29,791 nucleotides of DNA from positions 1 through 29,791 of the IMG/VR virus record IMGVR_UViG_3300006046_000017; one strand, given 5' to 3'. The notes beneath the pieces were generated by a model. The model made no database searches, was not told the DNA's origin, and saw only the letters and a list, made by a program, of their open reading frames with translations. Positions within the stretch are counted from its first letter, which is position 1. Every line of letters starts with the position of its first letter. The DNA comes from a virus (Duplodnaviria; Caudoviricetes). Both the position numbers and the translations under genes were made by a program. Positions 19,602 to 27,080 of the stretch are shown here, in pieces.

Positions 19602-20081
19602 TCAGGAATCTAAGGTTAGCGGCTGTCTGCCTGCCCGCTGTCTACCCTCTCGGGCTTCGAGTTCGCTGCGAGTGGCTGCAATCAGTTCGGTGAGTTCGCC
19701 CACCGACAACTCCCGCACACTCTTCGCCGGCAGCACGGCGCCGGCCCTCAGCTCGCCGGACACTTCCAGCGCGGTGCGGATGGCGAGCACCTGGGCGCGC
19801 AGGTCCGTCTGTGGTGTGTTTAAAATTTCTTCGAGACATACCGTGGCTCTCTTCCCAAGTCGCCGCACCCGCTCACCTGCCAACGCTTCCACTTCTCGCC
19901 GGACATCATCGTCCCGACAGAACGCCTGCACGGCCCTTTGAGTGGGGAAGCCGGCCTTGGTCCTCACAAACGATTGAGAGGCGCCAGCAGCCAGCAGCAT
20001 GACAGCGAGTTCCGTATCAGGCCCGGACTCTGAGCCCTCCTGATCCGTCCATACGGGTACGTCCTTAGACGTCTCTTCCAT
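19602..20081 (-). CDS. helical DNA-binding protein, candidate terminase small subunit
   Basis: GAGGA RBS before ATG 20081; HTH-like N-terminus, QVLAIRTALEVSG helix, ELSVGELTELI tail; first gene of the leftward arm. Confidence 0.45.
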   Translation of the reverse strand: MEETSKDVPVWTDQEGSESGPDTELAVMLLAAGASQSFVRTKAGFPTQRAVQAFCRDDDVRREVEALAGERVRRLGKRATVCLEEILNTPQTDLRAQVLAIRTALEVSGELRAGAVLPAKSVRELSVGELTELIAATRSELEAREGRQRAGRQPLTLDS

Positions 20082-20162
20082 CTTGTCTTTCCTCGTAGAC
20101 ATCTGACGTCTATAGACGTCTAACTACCAGTATCAGGACGTCCTGAGACAGACGTATCAGGA
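20066..20162. repeat. cluster of GACGTC-based palindromes and GTATCAGGA repeats
   Basis: GACGTCTATAGACGTC 20105-20120, TCAGGACGTCCTGA 20133-20146, GTATCAGGA twice. Confidence 0.7.
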
Positions 20163-20350
20163 TGGACTCATCCTCCCGCCCCTCCTCCCCTGCGAGCTTG
20201 CGCCTTTAATCGCCAGAACTTCAAGCTCTTACCAGTACGGGACTTGTACGTATGCTGTCGGCCGTGCTACACGTCACACCGGGCCGAGCTACGTCTGTGT
20301 GAGAGCAGACACCGTGAGGCCCGACACTACAACCTGAATCGGAGCTGTAC

Positions 20351-20692
20351 ATGACTGACAAAGAGAACGAGAAGCGCATCGCCCGCGAGCGCTCAATAGT
20401 GCGTGGCGTGATCCGCGCCCTTCGTGCTGCCGGCTGGCAGCCGCACAACGTCCACGACGGCGGCGATTGCGTACAGACGCGCACTGAGTCCGCGATGATT
20501 GACGCCGTGTTTGCCGTGGACGTCTCCACTGCGACCTTCAAGCATCCCGACGCGCCCAAGCGCTTCTTCGTTTCGTTTGTCTGCGGCGAGGGTGACGACA
20601 TCATTGCGGACCACTCGGCGCCAGACGCTGACCCGCACGCGTTCGCCGCGACCATTGACGCCTACATGCGCAAGGCCGGCCTGATCGGCTGA
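20351..20692 (+). CDS. early-type hypothetical protein
   Basis: GGAGCTGTAC-ATG; 113 aa. Confidence 0.8.
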   Translation: MTDKENEKRIARERSIVRGVIRALRAAGWQPHNVHDGGDCVQTRTESAMIDAVFAVDVSTATFKHPDAPKRFFVSFVCGEGDDIIADHSAPDADPHAFAATIDAYMRKAGLIG

Positions 20693-20758
20693 GCGTCGCG
20701 TGATGCGTCTCCCCGTGGGGGCGCATCGCGAGGCATTCCGCCTCTCGGAGCTGTCCAC

Positions 20759-20938
20759 ATGAATCCCTTTTCGTTCCACGTTTCCGCGTCCAACTATCGG
20801 CGCCGTCCGTCCGTGCGCTTTGTCTCGCATTGTGAGCGCTCGCGCCGCCGTGAACGCGCGCTCAATACGCTGTCCGTTGTTTTCGCCGTCTCCGGCTTTG
20901 TCGCCGCGTGCGTCGCGGCTTGGGCGGTGCTCTCGTGA
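20759..20938 (+). CDS. 59-aa protein with C-terminal transmembrane helix (not in ORF track)
   Basis: GGAGCTGTCCAC-ATG; ends LSVVFAVSGFVAACVAAWAVLS; stop overlaps next GTG. Confidence 0.7.
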   Translation: MNPFSFHVSASNYRRRPSVRFVSHCERSRRRERALNTLSVVFAVSGFVAACVAAWAVLS

Positions 20939-21213
20939 GCGCCGCCCCGATCATCGTCCGCGTCCGCACCATCGACCGTTTCAGCAAGTCGCGCACCTTT
21001 CGCACCCTTGCGGGCGCGCAGAAGTTCGCCGCGCGATGGGTCGGCGAGACTCCCGAACTCGGCTCGTGCTACGCGGTCAGCGCTGACGGCGTGGCCACTG
21101 TGCGCGCGAGCGTGCCGGTCGCCGACCTGTTCCCCAAGCTGAACGCCACGCCGTCCGAGGAGGGCCCGGACCCTGCGCGCGAGTGGTACGACACGGGCGC
21201 CGAGCTGCGCTGA
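20935..21213 (+). CDS. hypothetical protein
   Basis: GTG start coupled to upstream stop (GTGA). Confidence 0.7.
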   Translation: MSAAPIIVRVRTIDRFSKSRTFRTLAGAQKFAARWVGETPELGSCYAVSADGVATVRASVPVADLFPKLNATPSEEGPDPAREWYDTGAELR

Positions 21214-21293
21214 CTTGCGCCGCCTCTTGCATCCTCACGGGAGGGTGCAAGGGGAGACGCAATCTCGCGCCTCATCACTCGGAGCTGTATCAA

Positions 21294-21479
21294 ATGCAAA
21301 ACGTAAAAACCGAAGTCAAAGGCAACTTGCTGACGATCACCGTGGACTTGTCCGCGCGTCTGGGCCCGTCGAGCACGGGCAAAACGATCATCGTCGCGAG
21401 TTCAAACGGTAGCGCGAAGATTCCCGGTCACGATGGCGTGCGCTTCGGCCTGAACGTCTACACGGGGCGCCCGCTGTGA
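21294..21479 (+). CDS. small beta-rich conserved hypothetical protein
   Basis: GGAGCTGTATCAA-ATG; LTITVDL...GPSSTGKTIIVASS.G...GLNVY. Confidence 0.8.
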   Translation: MQNVKTEVKGNLLTITVDLSARLGPSSTGKTIIVASSNGSAKIPGHDGVRFGLNVYTGRPL

Positions 21480-21730
21480 GCGCCCGTCGCTGGGACCTGT
21501 CCGACTACCGCAAGCACCGCGACGCGCACGTACGTCGTGCACGCTACGCGTCGCGCATGGTTCACGAGACCCAAGGCGCGACGCGTGAGACGTGGCGCGA
21601 GCATCGCCGGCAGCACGTGAAAGCCGCACGCCGTGAGAACTGGTTACTTGTGGGCCAGTCGCGCGCGATCAGCGCCTCGCTGTTCCTGCGCAAGACCATT
21701 GGCTACGACCAGAGGGCGCGCGCGGGCTGA
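21476..21730 (+). CDS. basic hypothetical protein
   Basis: GTGA coupling. Confidence 0.65.
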   Translation: MSARRWDLSDYRKHRDAHVRRARYASRMVHETQGATRETWREHRRQHVKAARRENWLLVGQSRAISASLFLRKTIGYDQRARAG

Positions 21731-21809
21731 GGGGCTTTTCAGTCGGGCTGGCGTGTGAGAGCGCCAGCCCTTCTGTGAATCCCTTCCGCAATCAACTGGA
21801 GCTGTACCC

Positions 21810-22421
21810 ATGACCCCTGAACAAAAGCGCGACTTTCGCGCCGTCGTTGCCGCTATCGCCAAGGCGTTAGGCGGTACCGTCACGCGCGCACCTGATCCCG
21901 ATGAGAACTATTGGAACGCCAAGCTAACCACGGGCGCCGCGTTGCCCCTGTGGATGAGCTACAGGAGCCATGAGAAGAAAATCACGGTGAGCCTGGACCT
22001 GCCGCCGATCAACGACCGCGACGGCGGCGCCCGACATCAGAGCTGGTCCGATGTCATCGGATACGACGAGAAGAAGAACGGCACGGCGCCCACGTATGAA
22101 ATAGGCGTGAGCTTCGAGCGCGGCGCCGATGCAATCGCGCGCGACATCACGCGCCGACTGATTCCCGGCGCGACCATCCTTTACACGCGCGCCCTTGCTC
22201 GTAAGGCATCGGCCGAGGAGTACGCGCGCGGTACTGCCGCGACCATCGCGAATCTGTCCAAACAACTGAACACGGAACCGCGTGGCGCGCGCTTGTACTG
22301 TGGCGGATGCACGCTCGAAGTGTCCGGGCCGGATTCCGTGCGCGTCGATCATCTGTATGTCACGGCCGAACTCGCCGCCAAGATCGCCGCGCTCGTGATG
22401 GCAGAGAAGGGTGGCGAATGA
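21810..22421 (+). CDS. hypothetical protein
   Basis: GGAGCTGTACCC-ATG; 203 aa. Confidence 0.8.
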   Translation: MTPEQKRDFRAVVAAIAKALGGTVTRAPDPDENYWNAKLTTGAALPLWMSYRSHEKKITVSLDLPPINDRDGGARHQSWSDVIGYDEKKNGTAPTYEIGVSFERGADAIARDITRRLIPGATILYTRALARKASAEEYARGTAATIANLSKQLNTEPRGARLYCGGCTLEVSGPDSVRVDHLYVTAELAAKIAALVMAEKGGE

Positions 22422-22726
22422 GCGCCGCCGAGCTGGACAAGTACGGACCCAAGCCGCCGCAGGAGATCACGCGCGAACGGTTCTGGGACATGCTCGAAGT
22501 TCTGCCGCCGTGCAAGTGGCAAGGCATGGGCCAGCGCTTCGAGAGCTTCCACGTTTCCGAGCGGCTGTCGGGCGACGTGGTGTCATGGTTCTGCCGCGTG
22601 GGTGAGCGGTACTTTCAGGTTGACCAAGAGTCCACGCTTCCACGCGGGGAACTTGAGCGCATGGTCAGCGCCGAGCTGGCGCGCGTTGTTGTCGGGGAAC
22701 TGTCGGGCGGACTGCGCCACCACTAA
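22418..22726 (+). CDS. DUF1419-like protein
   Basis: ATGA coupling; EITRERFWDMLEVLPP...F..SE.LSG.V.S.F. Confidence 0.6.
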   Translation: MSAAELDKYGPKPPQEITRERFWDMLEVLPPCKWQGMGQRFESFHVSERLSGDVVSWFCRVGERYFQVDQESTLPRGELERMVSAELARVVVGELSGGLRHH

Positions 22727-22773
22727 CGCACTGACGAGGGGGCAACCCCGAAACGCCGCGAGGCGTATGCGTT
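22725..22773 (+). ncRNA. type I hammerhead ribozyme 1 (predicted cleavage after GUA, 22767)
   Basis: AACGCA-CUGACGA-GGGG(GCAA)CCCC-GAAA-CGCC(GCGA)GGCG-UA-UGCGUU: full core and three stems. Confidence 0.95.
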
Positions 22774-22794
22774 TACACATTTGGAGCTGTACAC

Positions 22795-23040
22795 ATGCCG
22801 AGAAAAAAGAAGATCGAGGGCGCGCACGAGACCAACGAGGAATTCGTTGCGCGCGTCATGGACGCCCCCAAGTCGGGCCCGCTCATGCAGGTATTCGTAA
22901 TCGAAGCGATGCGCCGGTACGCGGAGCTGTGCGCGAACGGCGACATCGACAAGATGAACACGGGCCCGATCAGCGGCGCGCACTGGAAGCGCTGCGCGGT
23001 CGAGCTGCGCGAGGAGCTGAACAAACACCTAGGCGAGTGA
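22795..23040 (+). CDS. hypothetical protein
   Basis: GGAGCTGTACAC-ATG; 81 aa. Confidence 0.8.
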   Translation: MPRKKKIEGAHETNEEFVARVMDAPKSGPLMQVFVIEAMRRYAELCANGDIDKMNTGPISGAHWKRCAVELREELNKHLGE

Positions 23041-23108
23041 CAACGGTCAAGGGACGCGCACGGACGCGCGCACCCTTCGCCGTTTTCACACGTCTGGAGC
23101 TGTACAAA

Positions 23109-23474
23109 ATGGGTACCTATTTCACGCAAGGCGCCAACAAGGCCGCCATCATCGCGGAGTGCGTTCAATCATGCCGCGCCGAAAAGTACGCGATAAACCG
23201 GGACAACTTGTGGTGCGTCGCGAACACCACCATCGACGGCAAGCCGCACAAGTACGTGATCCTTTTCAAGCTGGTCCCGGATACCTACGGTTGGGGATAC
23301 AAGCCCATCAGCGAGGATATGGGCCCCGCGTACTACGACTGCCCCTTGGAGTACGTCAAGGACGTGGAACCCTACGAGCCCGTGGCATATGCGGCCGAGT
23401 GGCGCGCGAAAGTGTACTCACGCAATGGGGAGAACCGCGCGGGATTCCTCGCACAACGCACGCTGTCCCTGTAA
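23109..23474 (+). CDS. DUF6927-like protein
   Basis: GGAGCTGTACAAA-ATG; WGYK.ISE.MGP.YYDCP...YA.EWR motif. Confidence 0.7.
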   Translation: MGTYFTQGANKAAIIAECVQSCRAEKYAINRDNLWCVANTTIDGKPHKYVILFKLVPDTYGWGYKPISEDMGPAYYDCPLEYVKDVEPYEPVAYAAEWRAKVYSRNGENRAGFLAQRTLSL

Positions 23475-23522
23475 CCCGCTGACGAGTCCCGCGTAGGGAC
23501 GAAACGCCGCAAGGCGTCCGGG
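23475..23522 (+). ncRNA. type I hammerhead ribozyme 2 (predicted cleavage after GUC, 23518)
   Basis: CCCG-CUGACGA-GUCCC(GCGUA)GGGAC-GAAA-CGCC(GCAA)GGCG-UC-CGGG. Confidence 0.95.
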
Positions 23523-23689
23523 ATTGAAAAACGTGTCAAGCGATTTTTGTTCGGGGTTGCCGGCCGTCGGGCTTCCCTGAATGGACACGGAACAGGGCGC
23601 GCGGTCGGTGAGGCTAACTAGCGCCATGAGAAAATATCCCCTCGCGCATCACTTTCGGTGCGCGCGCTGTTACACAACTGGAGCTGTAC

Positions 23690-23914
23690 ATGACCAACGA
23701 AAAGATGGCGAAATTGCTGGCCGACTTGGAACGCACGGAATCGAAATTGCTGCGCGTCATTACCCGGTGGATGAAACTCCGGGGACAAGTGAAACGGGCC
23801 GGCGCGAAGCTCGACAAGGGGCTAGCGGAGCGGCTGGAGAAATTGCCGGGCGCCATGGACGTGAGGAAAATGCCGATCAAGCCGAAGGCGTGGCCGGCGC
23901 GCAAACACAAGTAA
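23690..23914 (+). CDS. small basic helical protein
   Basis: GGAGCTGTAC-ATG; 74 aa. Confidence 0.75.
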   Translation: MTNEKMAKLLADLERTESKLLRVITRWMKLRGQVKRAGAKLDKGLAERLEKLPGAMDVRKMPIKPKAWPARKHK

Positions 23915-23966
23915 GACCGCTGACGAGCTGGTGAGATTCCAGCGAAACCCCGCGAGGGGTCCGGTT
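23915..23966 (+). ncRNA. type I hammerhead ribozyme 3 (predicted cleavage after GUC, 23961)
   Basis: GACCG-CUGACGA-GCUGG(UGAGAUU)CCAGC-GAAA-CCCC(GCGA)GGGG-UC-CGGUU. Confidence 0.95.
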
Positions 23967-23983
23967 AAAAACAGGAGCTGAAG

Positions 23984-24265
23984 ATGGCTGACGCGAACGA
24001 ATACACCTTCGAGCACCTCGAAGCCGCCGCGTGCATGTGGGAACACGTGTTGCTGCAACTCAGGTGCCACCGGGAGAAGGGGAACCCGTGGGAGGACTAC
24101 CGCGAGGCGTACGGCATGTGTGCCCTGCGGGAAACCGTGATCCGTCACGCCTCCGTGCTCGAAGTGGCGTACCAAGCGGCCGTCGCCAATGGGTACGACA
24201 AGGCGTTTGATTGGGAGTACGTACCGAAGTACATGGAGGAACACATCGCGCGGATTCTCGCGTGA
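23984..24265 (+). CDS. acidic hypothetical protein
   Basis: AGGAGCTGAAG-ATG; 93 aa. Confidence 0.8.
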   Translation: MADANEYTFEHLEAAACMWEHVLLQLRCHREKGNPWEDYREAYGMCALRETVIRHASVLEVAYQAAVANGYDKAFDWEYVPKYMEEHIARILA

Positions 24266-24295
24266 TGGCGGAGCCGTAACCGGCGCAACAACGGC

Positions 24296-24330
24296 GAGGA
24301 ACCCCGGCCTAGTGCCGGGGTTTCTTTTTA
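24296..24330 (+). terminator. intrinsic terminator ending the early cluster
   Basis: AACCCCGGC-CTAGT-GCCGGGGTT then TCTTTTT, between convergent genes. Confidence 0.85.
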
Positions 24331-24570
24331 GGCGTCGTGGACGCCGTGCTCGATGTCGAACTCGTGGAGCCATTCGCGATAGGGGGACAGGTTCTCTAAC
24401 CCTGTCTTGTCGAGAAACATGCACCAGATACCAAGGTTCATTTCGGCCATACCTTGCTCCCACAGTTGCCACGTCTGCACGGGGTTGAACACGAGCGCGG
24501 CGGCCTCGGTCTGCGTTATCCCAGCGCGTTCGCGGGCGCGTCGTATTTCATCGGGGGTCAATGGTTTCAT
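24328..24570 (-). CDS. XRE-family HTH protein
   Basis: TPDEIRRARERAGITQTEAAALV.....TWQLWEQG...M. Confidence 0.9.
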   Translation of the reverse strand: MKPLTPDEIRRARERAGITQTEAAALVFNPVQTWQLWEQGMAEMNLGIWCMFLDKTGLENLSPYREWLHEFDIEHGVHDA

Positions 24571-24582
24571 TCATGATCCTGA

Positions 24583-24657
24583 TGGTGGACCCAGTAGGGA
24601 TCGAACCTACGACCTCTCCCATGTCAAGGGAACGCTCTACCGCTGAGCTATGAGTCC
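24583..24657 (-). tRNA. trnV: tRNA-Val (GAC) with encoded CCA
   Basis: GGACTCA/TGGGTCC acceptor, TAGCTCAGCGGTAGAGC D-arm, TT-GAC-AT loop, GGTTCGATCC T-arm, ACCA end. Confidence 0.95.
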
Positions 24658-25062
24658 GGGGCGCGGAGTCTACAATCTGTCAACGCATTCCGGGCAGTCT
24701 GAGAGGCCGGCCGGCGGGCCCCGATTCTACACAGAGAGTCAGACGAAAGTCGCGCGGCCCGGTGACAAAGTGCAAAAGACCTTAAAATGTAGGCTCCCAC
24801 AGTACGACCAACATACTTGACATGTATCGGTAGACCCCTGTAGAACAGCGGTCGCCGCCACCGGCTTTTCGTAAGTCGCTGGAAACAAGGGAAATAGTAG
24901 ACTAAACCATTGCCATCGCTTGCACATGCGGGCGTGGCAGACACATTGCAGAGTCATATGGTGGTAGGATGAACCTTACCCAGACAACGATGTGCAAGTG
25001 ATAGTCGCGTGTCAGATGGGAAATCCTATAAAACAAGCCATTTCTGAAAATCGGAGCTGTAC

Positions 25063-26553
25063 ATGAGAGCCGCAACAACTGTTTTTACTGAGACGCTACT
25101 GCGCAAGATGAGCGCGGACCCCAAGCATCGGGGCAATGACTTCACTGACGCCGGATGCCGGAACCTCGTGATCTACATCGCGCGCGATGGCGTCGTGACG
25201 TTCACATTCCGCAAGCGTGTGAAGGATGCCCCGAAGGGGCGCATCTTTGAGGGGCTGGGAACATGGTCGGCCGCCTTCACCCTGGTCCAAGCCCGCGACG
25301 CATGCGCCGTGCGTCGCACTGAACTGTCACAGGATGGGTTCAAGCCGAGGAACGAGAAGAAAACCGTTATCGCCTCGATCCCGTTGTACGAAGCGGCGCG
25401 GACGGCCGGCGACAAACAGGCGAGTCGTCGCGGCGCACCGCTGTCGCCGAAGTGGCGCGAGTATCTGAACCGCTTCAAGGTGGTCTTTCCGAACTTGCTG
25501 GGACGCGACGTGAACACGCTGCGGTACTCCGACTTCATCGACGGAATGGCGGAGTACGGTCGCCGTGAGTACACGGCGAAGGGTAAGGCGTGGGACCCGC
25601 GCGTACTGCGCCCGATGATGGTCTGCATGATGCCGATGTTGCGCTGGTACACGAAACGCTATCGGCTCGATCCGCGAGTGCTTGACGATATAGTTCCTGA
25701 TGACTATGAGCCGGACACTCGCTACCTGCTCCCCGGCGAGTGGCAAGCGTGCGCCCCGCACATTGATTCACTCGATGGGTTAGACAAGGACTGCGGTCTC
25801 TTCGAGCGCTTTGTTCTGTACACGTGCGTCCGATCCGAGCAAGCGCTGGGCATGAAATGGGACGAGCTGCGCTGGGGTGATTGGAGCCACTGGCGCGACG
25901 AGGATGGCAACGAGCACCGTGCGCTGATTTGGATTCCGCCGCGTGAGCGTGTAAAGGGCCGCGCCAAAGCGGGCGGCGAGAAGTTGCCGCGCCGCGTACT
26001 TCTCACTGGCGAATCGCTGGCGATCCTTGAACGATTGCGCGCCATTTGGGAGGAGAACGCGAAGCTCCCAGAGCACGAGCTGTGGGATGGCGTATTCACC
26101 GAACGGATGGTCCACCGCTGGCGTACGGCGCGCACAGAGATGCAGCGTGGCATCGAGGAGAAGGCGTGTACGAAGCCGTGGGATCGCATGGCGTTGCGTC
26201 ACACGCATACGACGTACCTCGCGTTTCTGGGATGTCCGAAGCGGCTGCGCACACTGAGCATGAACCACACGCCAGACAAGGACGAGGGCGCGGACGTGAC
26301 TGATCGGTACACGGGGGCCGACCCGGTGAGGCGGTTCATGTCGAATGATCCGTTGGCCGAGTTGGCGCCGTGGCACGCGCGCCTTCACAAGCTGATCCGT
26401 GACATCGAACGCGGCAACATTCACTCGAATGATCTGGTGTCGATGCAGGAGACGATGCGCGACGGGCAGGCGTGCCGCGATATGTGCGACCAGTACAAGG
26501 TCCACCGCCGGTTCATCGAGGTCGAGGAGACGAAGCTGCGCGCCGTCAAGTAA
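25063..26553 (+). CDS. int: tyrosine integrase with P4-like arm-binding N-terminal domain
   Basis: D...NLVIYI...G..TFTFR...GLG.W...TL..AR; catalytic R (TCVRSE), K (KGR), R (MALRHT), H (MNH), Y (DRY). Confidence 0.88.
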   Translation: MRAATTVFTETLLRKMSADPKHRGNDFTDAGCRNLVIYIARDGVVTFTFRKRVKDAPKGRIFEGLGTWSAAFTLVQARDACAVRRTELSQDGFKPRNEKKTVIASIPLYEAARTAGDKQASRRGAPLSPKWREYLNRFKVVFPNLLGRDVNTLRYSDFIDGMAEYGRREYTAKGKAWDPRVLRPMMVCMMPMLRWYTKRYRLDPRVLDDIVPDDYEPDTRYLLPGEWQACAPHIDSLDGLDKDCGLFERFVLYTCVRSEQALGMKWDELRWGDWSHWRDEDGNEHRALIWIPPRERVKGRAKAGGEKLPRRVLLTGESLAILERLRAIWEENAKLPEHELWDGVFTERMVHRWRTARTEMQRGIEEKACTKPWDRMALRHTHTTYLAFLGCPKRLRTLSMNHTPDKDEGADVTDRYTGADPVRRFMSNDPLAELAPWHARLHKLIRDIERGNIHSNDLVSMQETMRDGQACRDMCDQYKVHRRFIEVEETKLRAVK

Positions 26554-26578
26554 CTGTCAATACGCGATAGAACGAATT

Positions 26579-26603
26579 GAGGCCGCCTACGGGCGGCCTT
26601 TTT
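26579..26603 (+). terminator. intrinsic terminator after integrase
   Basis: GGCCGCC-TACG-GGCGGCC-TTTTT. Confidence 0.85.
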
Positions 26604-26699
26604 CGTTGGGGGGTCCGACGACAGCACGCTGTCGTTGACCGTACGGCATGTCGGTGGTTGACTGCGGTGGTCAAGGGTCGCCAACACCTACCGCGAGGG

Positions 26700-27080
26700 A
26701 TGCAAATGCCAAGGAAACAGAAGCCGCCGGCACGCCGGGCGAAGAAGTACACGGGCGATTCGCCGGTGTACACCACGGAGGAGCTGTGCGTGCGGTACCG
26801 CATCGCCCGCCGAACCTTGAGACGCTGGACGGAGCAGCGGGGATACCCGGAGGGCTGGATCAGCGGCAAGCACATGGTCTACTCCAAGCAGCAGGTCCAC
26901 GACTGGGAGCGCGTGCATCAGCCGCAATATCACACCGACCCGGAACTGTCCGAGGAAGATAAGAAATGGGAACTGATGCGCAGGCGGTACCAGCTTGAGA
27001 AGGAGGAGCGCGAGGCCGGCATAGCACCGCGCGACCCGCCACCGAAACCCAGGCGCCCGCCATCGCGCGCCAGAGCGTGA
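26700..27080 (+). CDS. excisionase / AlpA-like winged-HTH protein
   Basis: YTTEELCVRYRIARRTLRRW....GYP; next to integrase; start 26700 or 26706. Confidence 0.7.
   Translation: MQMPRKQKPPARRAKKYTGDSPVYTTEELCVRYRIARRTLRRWTEQRGYPEGWISGKHMVYSKQQVHDWERVHQPQYHTDPELSEEDKKWELMRRRYQLEKEEREAGIAPRDPPPKPRRPPSRARA

Noticed and set aside
22602-23108. N-terminal extension of the 290-aa ORF
   Set aside because: Crosses two genes and a ribozyme; the motif-marked start is 23109
24540-24582. HDV-like (theta) ribozyme after the tRNA
   Set aside because: Only 12 nt precede a coding start and no nested pseudoknot is visible
24667-24846. Sigma70 promoters from TTGACA matches near tRNA and int
   Set aside because: Spacing wrong (5 nt on the - strand) or -10 poor (TAGAAC); not supportable
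20341-25062. CRISPR array or integron attC sites from the GGAGCTGTAC repeats
   Set aside because: Repeat too short, spacing irregular and coding; no GTTRRRY core pattern or cas genes
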